Shown here piece by piece: positions 28,552 through 38,083 of a DNA stretch of 64,000 nucleotides; positions within the stretch are counted from its first letter, which is position 1; every line of letters starts with the position of its first letter. Source of the DNA: a virus (lineage: Duplodnaviria > Caudoviricetes). The position numbers and the translations under genes are program-made. The notes under the pieces are model-generated. The model had not been told where the DNA came from, made no database searches, and saw only the letters and a program-made list of their open reading frames with translations. The stretch covers positions 32,001 through 96,000 of the IMG/VR virus record IMGVR_UViG_2513237329_000013; one strand, given 5' to 3'.

Positions 28552-29316
28552 TCACCCTACGAAATCATGATCTGAGACTACATTGATGCACATGTTTTTG
28601 TAGAGAGCTTTGTCTTCCTCATCGGTAATACCGAGGTAGCGCAAGGTCACTTCTGGAGAACTATGTCCAAATGCTCTTTGCAACATGGTAATGTCCAAAT
28701 TTGCCTTTTCACTATTGTACTTGTACTGATGCCATCCCCATGTTTTACGGCAGGTGTGAGTACCGATATTCTGTTTCAGTCCGCAAGCTGCCGCTGCTTC
28801 TTTCAAAACCTTACGGAAAGTACCAACCTGAATAGCACCGCCCTCTCTTGATGGAAAGAGATATTCTCCAGAGTGTAGATACGCACCTTTGATTGGAAAT
28901 GCCCACTCAAGAGCATCCTTACAAGCAGTATTCAGGAAAACAGTTCTATGTTTCTTTGTTTTGCTCTGGTAGATGTCGATTCCGTCTGAGGTGTTTTCCT
29001 CATCCTCAATCAGCCTTACAGAACCATCAGGGGAGAATACCTGGTTCATCTTCAAATCCAAAAGCTCATTTGCTCTTAATCCGAGATTGATGCCTAAGGT
29101 GAATGCAAGCACATACTTATTATTCTTATGCTCATACAGCCAGTTTGCCATAGCAATAATGTCCTTATGAGTTTTGATGGGATATACAGTTTGGCGTTCA
29201 CCAGTTTTGCAGTTATTGGGTTTCTTCTTGCTAAGCAGCTTTTCAATCTCCGGATGTAAGGTTATTTGTAGGATCGCACCTTCGGTAGACTGCCCCATAT
29301 TCACCACTCCTTGCAT
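28552..29316 (-). CDS. Tyrosine recombinase/integrase
   Basis: Catalytic R (GLRANE), K, HTCR, GHSS, Y (RYLG). Confidence 0.92.
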   Translation of the reverse strand: MQGVVNMGQSTEGAILQITLHPEIEKLLSKKKPNNCKTGERQTVYPIKTHKDIIAMANWLYEHKNNKYVLAFTLGINLGLRANELLDLKMNQVFSPDGSVRLIEDEENTSDGIDIYQSKTKKHRTVFLNTACKDALEWAFPIKGAYLHSGEYLFPSREGGAIQVGTFRKVLKEAAAACGLKQNIGTHTCRKTWGWHQYKYNSEKANLDITMLQRAFGHSSPEVTLRYLGITDEEDKALYKNMCINVVSDHDFVG

Positions 29317-29380
29317 ATTGTTTAGCTAATTCTTTAGTGGAAGAAAAAGCGTTGTTCAACGAACAATCCTTACATAAGAT

Positions 29381-29408
29381 ATTATACCACAAATCGGTCT
29401 AAAGTCAA
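29381..29408 (-). promoter_or_regulatory. SigmaA-type promoter of the left arm
   Basis: TTGACT-16 nt-TATAAT with extended -10 TG. Confidence 0.65.
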
Positions 29409-29779
29409 TAAAAATCGGATAGAAAATATTGTTTGGCTAATTCCACTGATTTGCAAATTCGATAGAAGTGCGTTGATTAAGGCGTATTCCGTAGCATAAA
29501 AATATGAAAATGTATTTTTGCATGTTGCCAAGAAGACGAAGAATAAGCGTTGATTAAGGCATTCTTCCGAAGAGAAGTCTGTAGCAGAGGATATTTATAT
29601 TTGTAAGGAAATATATCGTTGATGAACGGTGTGTTTGTGAGATGATGGTTCGGTGAAAAAGATAGAGGCGTGGAGAAGAGGGTACAAAGCCAAATTTTTG
29701 GCGTTGGTGAGGTCGTGAAAATATGAACCGTCCCCGCCTTCCGTATGGTCAAAACTGGCGTTGATCTCCGTTGATTCCG

Positions 29780-30240
29780 CATACTCCACAAAAGCGGAAC
29801 CGAAAAAGGCGGCGTTTCTGCTGCTGTCCGTGTCTGTCGGTGCTGGGCTGGCTCTGGTGGTTGATCTGCTGGGCGTTCGGTGAGACGGGGAGAAAAGCGG
29901 CGTTTTACTGTCGTTTTCTCTTCGTTCCCTCTCTTCTCATGGTCTACAGTGCCGCGCTTCTGGCTCTCTGGCTCTGGCTCGATCTCTGCGGCTCTGGTGG
30001 GGCTTAGTGTCTGCTGGGCGGTCTTGTCTCCGCTGCTGCCGTCGTGCTGGCTCTGGCTTTTCTGGCGTTTCGCTTCTGGGCTTGATCTCTGGGGCGGCTC
30101 TGCCGCTGGTGCTGTCTCCGTGTCCTTTCTGTCCGTGTGTCGCTTCTGGGGCTGGCGCTTCGTCCGCTCCGGTGCTGTCTGAGCGTGTCCAGGCGTTCCC
30201 GTGTCCAGTGCTGCGGCTCTGGTGGGGCTGGGCTGGGAGA
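29780..30240. repeat. A-poor, GC-rich non-coding tract with oriented GCTCTGG repeats
   Basis: 19-bp direct repeat CTGCGGCTCTGGTGGGGCT at 29986 and 30211; several more GCTCTGG copies. Confidence 0.65.
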
Positions 30241-30385
30241 CGATGCAGGCCAAAAGGATATAGCAGAATGCACAATTCTGAAATGGTGTATTTGTATGAT
30301 ATGCTAATGGCATATTGCACAAAAAGATGCTGTTTTTGACTTGCTATTTTTACATTCTGTCAAGATATTATTTAGCTATTCCCTA

Positions 30386-30414
30386 TTGCAAATTCCGCTT
30401 TTGTGTGGTATAAT
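30386..30414 (+). promoter_or_regulatory. SigmaA-type early promoter
   Basis: TTGCAA-17 nt-TATAAT with extended -10 TG. Confidence 0.75.
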
Positions 30415-30510
30415 CCTTTATGTAAGGTAAAGGAAACGAGATCGACGGCGGCGGGTGCGCCGCTGCTGGACGGTCTAAGGAAGTAGTTAAATAATACGGA
30501 GGTTATAATC

Positions 30511-30858
30511 ATGAATAAACTGTCGGCTCTCGTCCCTCTGAAAAGCAAAATCACTGTCTATGTTCCCGCTACGGTATCCGTAGATCAGGAGATCGACAAT
30601 GCTGCATACGTTGAGCGCGTCGCGCGTACTCTCTCCGCCTGTTTCGGCGGTGCTACGGCTTCGCCGGTGCGCGGTTATTGGGTTTCCGACTCTGGGGAGC
30701 TGGTAAAAGAGGCCACAACAATGGTTTTCGCGTACTGCTCCACGGCTGACGCTGAAAAGTATATTGATGATGTTGTTTCCCTCTGCTACGAGCTGAAGCG
30801 CGAAATGGGTCAAGAAGCGATTGCCCTTGAATATAACGGCGAGATGTATTTCATCTGA
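30511..30858 (+). CDS. DUF3574/SAM-lyase-like small protein
   Basis: FGGAT...GYW...G.LV.E...L....QEAI pattern; RBS GGAGG. Confidence 0.55.
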   Translation: MNKLSALVPLKSKITVYVPATVSVDQEIDNAAYVERVARTLSACFGGATASPVRGYWVSDSGELVKEATTMVFAYCSTADAEKYIDDVVSLCYELKREMGQEAIALEYNGEMYFI

Positions 30859-30923
30859 TTGAGTAAAACAGCGGCGGCGGGGTCATTCCCGCCGCGCCGG
30901 TAAAATGAAAGCGGGGTTTTGAA

Positions 30924-31211
30924 ATGAAAGCAACGAGAAAGCAAATCAAGGCGGCAAACGAGATCGCGGCGCGGTTTAGCGGATGGCACGAGCCGCACGA
31001 GATCGCGGCGATGTATGACGAGCTGGAGAAGATCGGCGTTTCTACTGGCTGCATCACAAACCGGCAGGACTTCCCGAATCTTGGATGCTGGCAAGGCCAT
31101 TGCGAGTGGTACATAAACGGCGAGGAAGTGGAAAACAGCGTTTTTGTGTACTCCGTCTATGAAGGAAATCCGAATATCACGCGCAACGATTACAACATTT
31201 ACTTTTCTTGA
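30924..31211 (+). CDS. Hypothetical protein
   Basis: 95 aa early-region ORF. Confidence 0.7.
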   Translation: MKATRKQIKAANEIAARFSGWHEPHEIAAMYDELEKIGVSTGCITNRQDFPNLGCWQGHCEWYINGEEVENSVFVYSVYEGNPNITRNDYNIYFS

Positions 31212-31213
31212 AA

Positions 31214-31274
31214 TCCCGCCTGATGATGGTTAGATGGTAACTAACCGAAACGGCCACGGCTGGCCGTCGTGGGA
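31214..31274 (+). ncRNA. Type I hammerhead ribozyme
   Basis: TCCCGC-CTGATGA-T-GGTTAG/CTAACC-GAAA-CGGCCA/TGGCCG-TC-GTGGGA; predicted cut after 31268. Confidence 0.85.
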
Positions 31275-31326
31275 AACCGAAATTAAAACGCGCTGCGGCG
31301 CTGGTCAATGAAATGAGGTAAACGAA

Positions 31327-32109
31327 ATGAAAAAGTACAATGTCAAGTCGATCATGTCACGCGCCTGGGCTATCTATCACGAAACCGACAAAGGCGATGG
31401 CCTGCGCCCTGTGTTCTCTCTCTGTCTGGCTATGGCGTGGGAAGACGCAAAGAACACGCCGGAAAACATCCTGCATCAGTGGGCGGCGATGGATACCAAA
31501 GCGCAGATCAACATGCTGACGGCTAACATCAAGAAGGCGGCAAAGAACGAAATCGGATACAGCACAGAAGATCACTATGCAGAGTTTAACGAGACTGTCG
31601 CATGGTTCTTGAATCATCACGGGATCGACGGCCTTGTAAATGAGGCTTGGGTAAAGCTGGCGGAACGGCTGGATGCTGACTATCTGGACAAGCTCAACGC
31701 AAAACGCGCCGCGTCTGGCAAGGTCAATATTTCTCTGGTGGCTCTGGTGTATCGCAGTGCGAAAGATGCAATCCGCGCCGTATATCGTGACGATATCAAA
31801 CACGGACGCGCCCGCGTTCACGAGATCACCGACAAGAACGGCGAGAGCCGCGACTATCTGGACACGATGGCAAGCACCGGCAAGGATGAGACGGCAAGCA
31901 CTGCAACGCTGCGCGTAGCGCTGGAACAGTTTGTAAACAGCCGCGATGAAATCGACCGCATGATTATTGAATGCAAGCGCGACAATTACACGGAACGCGA
32001 GATTGCGGAAGTTGTCGGAATCAATCGCGCCGCCGTTCATAAGCGCATTGACAAGATGCGCGAGGCTCTGCGGAACATCGGCCTTACACCTGCGGAAGTT
32101 GCGGCGTAA
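31327..32109 (+). CDS. Phage sigma70/ECF-like factor
   Basis: Region-2-like LVNEAWVKL, C-terminal region-4 HTH YTEREIAEVVGINRAAVHKRI. Confidence 0.7.
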   Translation: MKKYNVKSIMSRAWAIYHETDKGDGLRPVFSLCLAMAWEDAKNTPENILHQWAAMDTKAQINMLTANIKKAAKNEIGYSTEDHYAEFNETVAWFLNHHGIDGLVNEAWVKLAERLDADYLDKLNAKRAASGKVNISLVALVYRSAKDAIRAVYRDDIKHGRARVHEITDKNGESRDYLDTMASTGKDETASTATLRVALEQFVNSRDEIDRMIIECKRDNYTEREIAEVVGINRAAVHKRIDKMREALRNIGLTPAEVAA

Positions 32110-32310
32110 GGAAGTAGTTAAACAGTATGAGCGCCGCTCCGGTAGGAGCTGGGGCGGCTGCTCTGAAAAAATCTTGAACGACGGTAAGCAAACGGCGGAA
32201 ACGCTTGGAGGGTGTAGAGGATGGATGCAAACAAAGCTTTTCAGATGATTGAAAAAGCCTTTTCAGATAAGCGGCTTGTACTGGTAACGGATGGAACGGT
32301 AACGCATGGA

Positions 32311-32341
32311 AAAAGCCTGAGAAATTCTCAGGCTTTTTTTT
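32311..32341. terminator. Rho-independent terminator (possibly bidirectional)
   Basis: AAAAGCCTGAGA-AAT-TCTCAGGCTTTTTTT. Confidence 0.8.
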
Positions 32342-32349
32342 GTTGCTTG

Positions 32350-32385
32350 GTAAGCAAAATCAAGTTTTTATCGGTAGTTATAGTG
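32350..32385 (+). promoter_or_regulatory. Phage-specific promoter motif GTAAGCAA-N15-GGTAG (first of ~10 copies)
   Basis: Also at 33515, 34465, 35449, 37220, 38824, 41541, 44650, 53104, 56086 with an invariant 15-nt spacer. Confidence 0.8.
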
Positions 32386-32875
32386 TGGAGGCAAAGCGCC
32401 GCTTGAAATCGACATGCTGGCGTTCAAAGCAAGAGCAGATATCAGATCGCAGGCCGGTTTTCTTTCGATTGAAAAAACGGTTTAGTGTGTTTGTGATTTG
32501 TTTTTGGCTTGCCTCTGCAACGAAAAACTGTTCGGATTCATAGCCGCTTTTCGTTATGTAGTTGATCTGAAAAACGATGATCGGCTTGCTACGTGATGTT
32601 TTCAGCCCGATATATGTATGGCAGTCGGAAATGATGTTTCCAAAGGTGTCTGAATGAGTCGCTTGCATTTTCTGCATCTCTTTAACGGTGTAGCAGGTTT
32701 CCAGTGCGTCGTTGATGATGTATTGCTGGATGACCTGTGGAAGATCGCCGGTATACGGAAGCAGAATCTTGTCATGGTATGCGCTGATGAATTGGATGTC
32801 GCGGAAAGAGATTTGCAAAGCTGCTTTTAACGGGCGAATGCGGAGAGCGAGATCGCATTTTGTATTGTTATTCAT
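32378..32875 (-). CDS. Hypothetical protein, antisense to the early operon
   Basis: RBS AAAGGAG and its own sigmaA-like promoter near 32900-32935. Confidence 0.6.
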   Translation of the reverse strand: MNNNTKCDLALRIRPLKAALQISFRDIQFISAYHDKILLPYTGDLPQVIQQYIINDALETCYTVKEMQKMQATHSDTFGNIISDCHTYIGLKTSRSKPIIVFQINYITKSGYESEQFFVAEASQKQITNTLNRFFNRKKTGLRSDICSCFERQHVDFKRRFASTL

Positions 32876-33065
32876 TTGTTGTACGCTCCTTTCATGCTCT
32901 AATAATAGCATAAAAGCGGCGAAAACTCAAGCAAAATGCACATTTTTGAGATGATTTCGTGCAATTTATTGTATATTTTGCACAATGAGCATCGGTGAAT
33001 AAAATTCAGAGTTTTATACATGAACAGCAGCTACAAATGTTGAAAGGTCTGGAGGAAGATACTAA

Positions 33066-33515
33066 ATGACTTCGTTTGATGGAGATAAAAAGATCGAAAC
33101 GAAATATACTGCGGAATTTGTCACGGATAAAAAGGACTATGCCTATATTATCGGTGGTCGTTATAACGATGGCGAGCCGTGGGAGAAATATCAGAAAAAA
33201 GAGTTTGATGACCTGGACAAAGCGCTGGAGTTTTATATGCGCGGTCTTGTGGATGATTCCTTTTTAGATATCAAGCTTTTTGAGCAGATTTTTGTAGACG
33301 GCGTTTGTCAAAGAGAGTCGTTTATCGAGCCGCCGAATACACTGCGCTTCTATCTCCGTACAACGGTCAATAAAGAGTTGGAGAAAGAAATCCGCTCTTT
33401 GCGCGAGAAAAATGAGCGATTGAATGAGGTCGGAGAGCTGATGCGCGAGTTTGTTCGTATGTATCACATGGAAAATCATCTTAATGAGTTTATCAAAGAA
33501 AAATCAAAAATTTAG
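33066..33515 (+). CDS. Hypothetical protein
   Basis: RBS GGAGG. Confidence 0.75.
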   Translation: MTSFDGDKKIETKYTAEFVTDKKDYAYIIGGRYNDGEPWEKYQKKEFDDLDKALEFYMRGLVDDSFLDIKLFEQIFVDGVCQRESFIEPPNTLRFYLRTTVNKELEKEIRSLREKNERLNEVGELMREFVRMYHMENHLNEFIKEKSKI

Positions 33516-33582
33516 TAAGCAACCGCTCCATTTGGAGGGTAGTTGTAATAGGGAAACCTAAAAATTAAAGGAGGATTCAAAA

Positions 33583-33828
33583 ATGTCTGTCAATCTCAAC
33601 AAGTCTGGTCTCGGTAAGTTTGCTGGTATGCGCGGTACGATTTTCAAGTCGGAGATCGCCGCTGCCAAGCCCAGCAAGCAGATCGTCGGCAAGGGTATCG
33701 GCAAGGGCTGCAACTATCCGATGGATTCCGATGCGGAGTTTGAGAAGCGCCTGCGCCGCTATGAGCGCAAGAAGCAGGCCGAGGAAGCTGCTGCCGCTGC
33801 TTCGGCGGCCAGTACGATGGAGGCGTGA
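33583..33828 (+). CDS. Hypothetical protein
   Basis: RBS AAGGAGG. Confidence 0.75.
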   Translation: MSVNLNKSGLGKFAGMRGTIFKSEIAAAKPSKQIVGKGIGKGCNYPMDSDAEFEKRLRRYERKKQAEEAAAAASAASTMEA

Positions 33829-33831
33829 GAT

Positions 33832-34143
33832 ATGTTTAATGGCAAGCCTGTCTGGAAGCAGGACAATTTCACATATGAAGCTGTAAAGGTTGGTGACTAT
33901 GTGGAGCAGGCAATCGTAGATGCTGCAATGGATTGTGTGCCGCCCGCTTGTATGCGGGCAGACTGCTCCCAGATGGGCGAGCCTTATTCTGCCAGGATGG
34001 ATGAAAAGACCGGCAGATGGAGAGACACTTACGAAACTTTCCGTAAGGTCGGTGGAGAGTGGCCTAATGGCATTTGGGAGTATTGCGGTCACTGTTTCAG
34101 AGGTGAAACGGTTGAGCGTGGAATCGAGCCGTATCATATCTGA
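33832..34143 (+). CDS. Hypothetical protein
   Basis: RBS GGAGG; QMGEPYS motif. Confidence 0.75.
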   Translation: MFNGKPVWKQDNFTYEAVKVGDYVEQAIVDAAMDCVPPACMRADCSQMGEPYSARMDEKTGRWRDTYETFRKVGGEWPNGIWEYCGHCFRGETVERGIEPYHI

Positions 34144-34159
34144 GATGAGAGGTGTATGT

Positions 34160-34375
34160 ATGAATGATATCGAAAAGATCAATGTAGCTCCCAATAGTTA
34201 TTTCCAGCGTATTGTAAAGCCGTGTTTGCTGGATTTGCGCAAGCGCAAGGACAATGCAAAGACGGATATGGAGCGCGGATATTACGAAGATCGCTATGTT
34301 GCACAAGCGAAAGACTTCGCGGAGGCGCTACATATTTCTGCGGAGGCGCTGGATGAATTGATCGGAGGTGTTTGA
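34160..34375 (+). CDS. Hypothetical protein
   Basis: RBS GAGGTG. Confidence 0.65.
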   Translation: MNDIEKINVAPNSYFQRIVKPCLLDLRKRKDNAKTDMERGYYEDRYVAQAKDFAEALHISAEALDELIGGV

Positions 34376-34513
34376 AATGAAGAAGATCATCGGCTAAAAG
34401 CGGCGCAGTTTTGGAATGGTGTCTGCGAAATCAAAAACCATACCCCATTTTTTTCATTTTATGAGTAAGCAAAACTCAGCTTTTGAGGGTAGATATAATA
34501 GGAGGTGTTTTCA

Positions 34514-34966
34514 ATGAAAACTTGTAAGATTTGTGGTCGATCTTTTGACGATGAGAACTGTGTGGGCGTTGTTGTCAACGAAGGTACGGATAACGAATAT
34601 TTTGTTTGCGAGGATTGTGTTCCGGATGAATGCAACAATGGGCATATTATTTCCTGTGAAAATTGTGGTTCGTATTTTACTCCTGATAGGCTGCACGATG
34701 AGCATATTGGGGGCTTTACTTTTACCGAATGTCCGGCCTGCGGGAAAGATATAGTGGAATGTGTATCACGAGAAGAGTTTGAGGAAGAGCATTTTCTTTC
34801 TAAATATTCCGTCATTGTTAGAATGGGCAATTATTCCCGTGGATATGTAATTTCTGCGCAGAATCCCACTGACATGATGAAAAAGTTGATGCGTCGTACT
34901 GAGCTTTGCTCCGCCGCTGAGATCTCATATTCCGAAATTCTTATGGATGAGGATGTGATAAAATGA
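34514..34966 (+). CDS. Zn-finger hypothetical protein
   Basis: Four CxxC pairs, RBS AGGAGGTG. Confidence 0.75.
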   Translation: MKTCKICGRSFDDENCVGVVVNEGTDNEYFVCEDCVPDECNNGHIISCENCGSYFTPDRLHDEHIGGFTFTECPACGKDIVECVSREEFEEEHFLSKYSVIVRMGNYSRGYVISAQNPTDMMKKLMRRTELCSAAEISYSEILMDEDVIK

Positions 34967-35199
34967 GCGCTTTTACACTGAGAAATAAAATCGAAGAGTC
35001 AAAAGCAATGTATTTAGAGCGTTGTGGAAAGCTTGATTGGCAGTGGACGGACGAGGGACTTCCTTATGCAATCATGGACTATCATAGCTGCGTCGGTTCG
35101 ATTTTGGATTTCACAGATGATGACTGGCAGGCCGCTGAGGAAAATGGATTTTCTCGTGAGGAAGTCATTACTTTATGCGAAGATCGTGAGGATGAATAA
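34963..35199 (+). CDS. Hypothetical protein
   Basis: ATGA coupling. Confidence 0.65.
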   Translation: MSAFTLRNKIEESKAMYLERCGKLDWQWTDEGLPYAIMDYHSCVGSILDFTDDDWQAAEENGFSREEVITLCEDREDE

Positions 35200-35436
35200 A
35201 TGACAGAAAAAGATATTGTGAATGTGCTGTATCGTGACGGATATCACGCTGCGGCAAAGCTGATCGAAAAGAAGTCTGAGACAATCGAAAGCAGAAAATC
35301 TCTGATACTGTGGAAAGATGATTTTACCAGTGAAAACAAGTGGAAATCACTTTGTGTGGCTCTTGATGTTCCGGAAGATACAGTCACGCTGGAGCTGAAA
35401 TGCAATGTTGTAGCAGTATTTCCATATAAAAAATAA
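35200..35436 (+). CDS. Hypothetical protein
   Basis: Coupled ORF. Confidence 0.65.
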   Translation: MTEKDIVNVLYRDGYHAAAKLIEKKSETIESRKSLILWKDDFTSENKWKSLCVALDVPEDTVTLELKCNVVAVFPYKK

Positions 35437-35538
35437 TTTCAACGGCTGGTAGGCAAAGCCGAAATTTTAGGGGTAGATATAATAGAAAGCCCAAAACAAT
35501 CATCACAAATTACTTTCTACTTTAAGGAGGATTCAAAA

Positions 35539-36465
35539 ATGGCAGCAAATGTCGAAACTATGTTCTATGTGCGTGAAAAGCCCTGGCACGGTCTGGGTGT
35601 TGAGGTTCAGGAAGCGTTGAATAGCGCTGATGCGCTGAAAATGGCTGGTCTTGATTGGGAGGTCAAGCAGAGAAACATTCAGGTATGTGGCGGTGCAAAG
35701 ATCGAGAATTACAAGGCGAATGTTCGTAGCACAGACGGTCGTGTGCTTGGTGTTGTCTCTGACCGCTATCAGATCGTGCAGAATAAGGATGCTTTCAGCT
35801 TTACCGATGAGCTGATCGGCGGCGATGTCCGTTATGAGACCGCTGGTAGCTTGCAGAATGGCAAGAAGATTTGGCTGCTGGCAAAGATGCCTGAGCGCGA
35901 GGTCGTTGGCGATAAGGTCGAGCCGTATCTTTGCTTCTCGAATACGCACGACGGGAGCGGTTCTATCCGTGTCTGCATGACTCCGATTCGTGTTGTCTGC
36001 AACAATACTTTGAATCTTGCGCTGAATAGCGCGAAGCGTCAGTGGGCAACAAAGCATGTCGGCAATATCGACGAGAAGATGCAAGAAGCGCGTATGTGTC
36101 TCCAGCTTGCGGATGCCTACATGGATGAGCTGGCTGTTTGCGCAGATCGCCTTGCAAATACGACAATCACCGATGAACAGCTTGATAAGCTTCTGGATGA
36201 GATGTTCCCTGTTGACGATGACGATACCGAGCGCAAGAAGAACAGCGTGAAAAAGGCAAAGGACGAGTTTATGATCTGCTATTTCCGTCCGGATATCATG
36301 AAGTTCCTTAACACTGGTTGGGGCGTTGTGAATGCTATGAGCGATATGATTTCTCATTCTGCCCCGCGCCGTCAGACTGGCAGCTACCGTGAAAACAACT
36401 GGAACAGAATCATGGACGGGCACAAGATGCTCGACCGCATGACAGAGCTTGTTTGCGCACGATAA
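35539..36465 (+). CDS. DUF932 family phage/plasmid protein
   Basis: PWHGLG...AGLDWEV...ETAGSL..GK...HDGS...TPIRVVCNNTL. Confidence 0.9.
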   Translation: MAANVETMFYVREKPWHGLGVEVQEALNSADALKMAGLDWEVKQRNIQVCGGAKIENYKANVRSTDGRVLGVVSDRYQIVQNKDAFSFTDELIGGDVRYETAGSLQNGKKIWLLAKMPEREVVGDKVEPYLCFSNTHDGSGSIRVCMTPIRVVCNNTLNLALNSAKRQWATKHVGNIDEKMQEARMCLQLADAYMDELAVCADRLANTTITDEQLDKLLDEMFPVDDDDTERKKNSVKKAKDEFMICYFRPDIMKFLNTGWGVVNAMSDMISHSAPRRQTGSYRENNWNRIMDGHKMLDRMTELVCAR

Positions 36466-36475
36466 ACAGTGATTG

Positions 36476-36503
36476 AGAGCCGCCCATTCGGGCGGCTCTT
36501 TTC
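36476..36503 (+). terminator. Rho-independent terminator
   Basis: AGAGCCGCCC-ATTC-GGGCGGCTCT followed by TTT. Confidence 0.8.
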
Positions 36504-36518
36504 GTAGAGAGGTGTAAC

Positions 36519-36710
36519 ATGGAAGAAAATCGCGTTGTCTGGTTCAAAACACATTTAGATGCAATTCCGGATAGCTGCAAAGATTGCGCCTGTCACTGGT
36601 GCTATCTTCCGTTGAAAAAGCGGAAGTGGGGCTATTCTGATGAGTTGAAAAAGAAATACTTGACTCAGCGGCACGAAGATTGTCCGCTGCATTTGGAGGT
36701 TATGAAATGA
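36519..36710 (+). CDS. Cys-rich hypothetical protein
   Basis: RBS GAGGTG; P.SC.DC...CPL. Confidence 0.65.
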   Translation: MEENRVVWFKTHLDAIPDSCKDCACHWCYLPLKKRKWGYSDELKKKYLTQRHEDCPLHLEVMK

Positions 36711-37144
36711 AGCTTTTCCTTTTGATTCATGAACAGGATACGGATGCCGCTTGGGGTTCGTCTGTCGATCTTTTCTCGACGCTGGAAGCGGCGCAGGCCA
36801 AGATGAAAACGGTTTATGAGAAGACAGTCGAAAGTTGGGATTTCGATATTGAAAATCAAACGGACGATTATTGCTGCGAGTTTTCCGATATGGATGCCTC
36901 TATTCGAGACGGTTCTGATGTTGAGGTGTGGCGTATCGAAGAAAAAGAGCTTGATGTCAATATCGCTGTCAAGGTTCATGGCGGGATGGTGCAAGAGGTG
37001 TATTCCGATGCTGATGTCGGTGTCGAGGTTTATGATCTTGACTCTTCTGATTTTGCGGAGGAAAGCGAGCTGACCGAAACGGAGCAGCGTGAGCGCGAGC
37101 TTGACGAGCAGATTGCTCAGCCTGGTTGGAGAGCTGTATGGTAA
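36707..37144 (+). CDS. Acidic hypothetical protein
   Basis: RBS GGAGG. Confidence 0.7.
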   Translation: MKLFLLIHEQDTDAAWGSSVDLFSTLEAAQAKMKTVYEKTVESWDFDIENQTDDYCCEFSDMDASIRDGSDVEVWRIEEKELDVNIAVKVHGGMVQEVYSDADVGVEVYDLDSSDFAEESELTETEQRERELDEQIAQPGWRAVW

Positions 37145-37146
37145 AA

Positions 37147-37203
37147 CTGTCCTGATGAGTCTTTGGAAAGTAAGACGAAACTGCCCTATTGGGCAGTCGG
37201 CAG
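37147..37203 (+). ncRNA. Type I hammerhead ribozyme
   Basis: CTGTC-CTGATGA-GTCTT/AAGAC-GAAA-CTGCCC/GGGCAG-TC-GGCAG; predicted cut after 37198. Confidence 0.92.
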
Positions 37204-37267
37204 AAAAAACTATATTCTGGTGGGCAAAAGCCTATTTGAATGGGTAGATATAATAGGAGGCGATAAT

Positions 37268-37801
37268 ATGTCGATGCCAAATTTTAATACGATGAGAAAT
37301 TTTCCTCTCTATGTGAGAGATTTCGTTTCTGAGGTGGATTATTGTCCAGCTTGCAATACATATGGAGAAGATGGTGTATGCCCGATTTGTGGCGCAGCCA
37401 CGGAGCGGAAAGTATATCTGGATGAGGTAGCAGCATTTGAGTTCGCGGAAGAGATGGAGACGCGGTTGAGTGATGCAAATGCAAAGCTTGAATTTCATTC
37501 TATTTCAACTGTTGGCGGAAAATATTATGGGGTTCAGTTCTATGTGGAGGAAAAGCATGACCCGAATGAGTATGATAATGACGATTGCCATTATTATTTC
37601 GATGTATGCCGTAGTGTAGCAATTCGTCGGTATAACAGTGAGATCAATAAGATCAATCGAATTTTGAAAATGCTTGCGAAAGAATATGGGTTTGATGAGG
37701 TCTATTGTTCCGCTGTATTTGGAAACGGTGAAGCGATTTACACAAAGGTGGAAAATACACAGCGAGCGCGTATTGTTCGCGCCATAAAAGAAATTGCGTG
37801 A
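37268..37801 (+). CDS. Hypothetical protein (Zn ribbon)
   Basis: RBS AGGAGG; the ORF-track start upstream overlaps the ribozyme. Confidence 0.75.
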   Translation: MSMPNFNTMRNFPLYVRDFVSEVDYCPACNTYGEDGVCPICGAATERKVYLDEVAAFEFAEEMETRLSDANAKLEFHSISTVGGKYYGVQFYVEEKHDPNEYDNDDCHYYFDVCRSVAIRRYNSEINKINRILKMLAKEYGFDEVYCSAVFGNGEAIYTKVENTQRARIVRAIKEIA

Positions 37802-37814
37802 TGGAGGGATTACG

Positions 37815-38036
37815 ATGAAATCAAAATGCTTGACTTATACCGTGGAGCTTACACGAGAAGAAATAGACACTGTAACGACAGCGTTAAATAGCGAGTACAA
37901 ATTCTTGAAAGAAAAATATGCAAATGCGCGTCAACAGAATGCTGCGGAAGTATATGAACGCATGGATGAGGCGCGTACTTTGCGGAATGATTTTGCAAGG
38001 CTCATCGGTGTGACTTTTATGGGCGAAGATGCCTAA
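37815..38036 (+). CDS. Hypothetical protein
   Basis: RBS GGAGG. Confidence 0.65.
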   Translation: MKSKCLTYTVELTREEIDTVTTALNSEYKFLKEKYANARQQNAAEVYERMDEARTLRNDFARLIGVTFMGEDA

Positions 38037-38083
38037 ACGATTCTTGAAGAAAAACGGAAATGATGATATAATGCGGAGGTAAC

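Noticed and set aside
29477-30339. Long ORFs across the divergence region (281 aa and overlapping ones)
   Set aside because: Low-complexity products with no RBS; the open frames are explained by the skewed composition.
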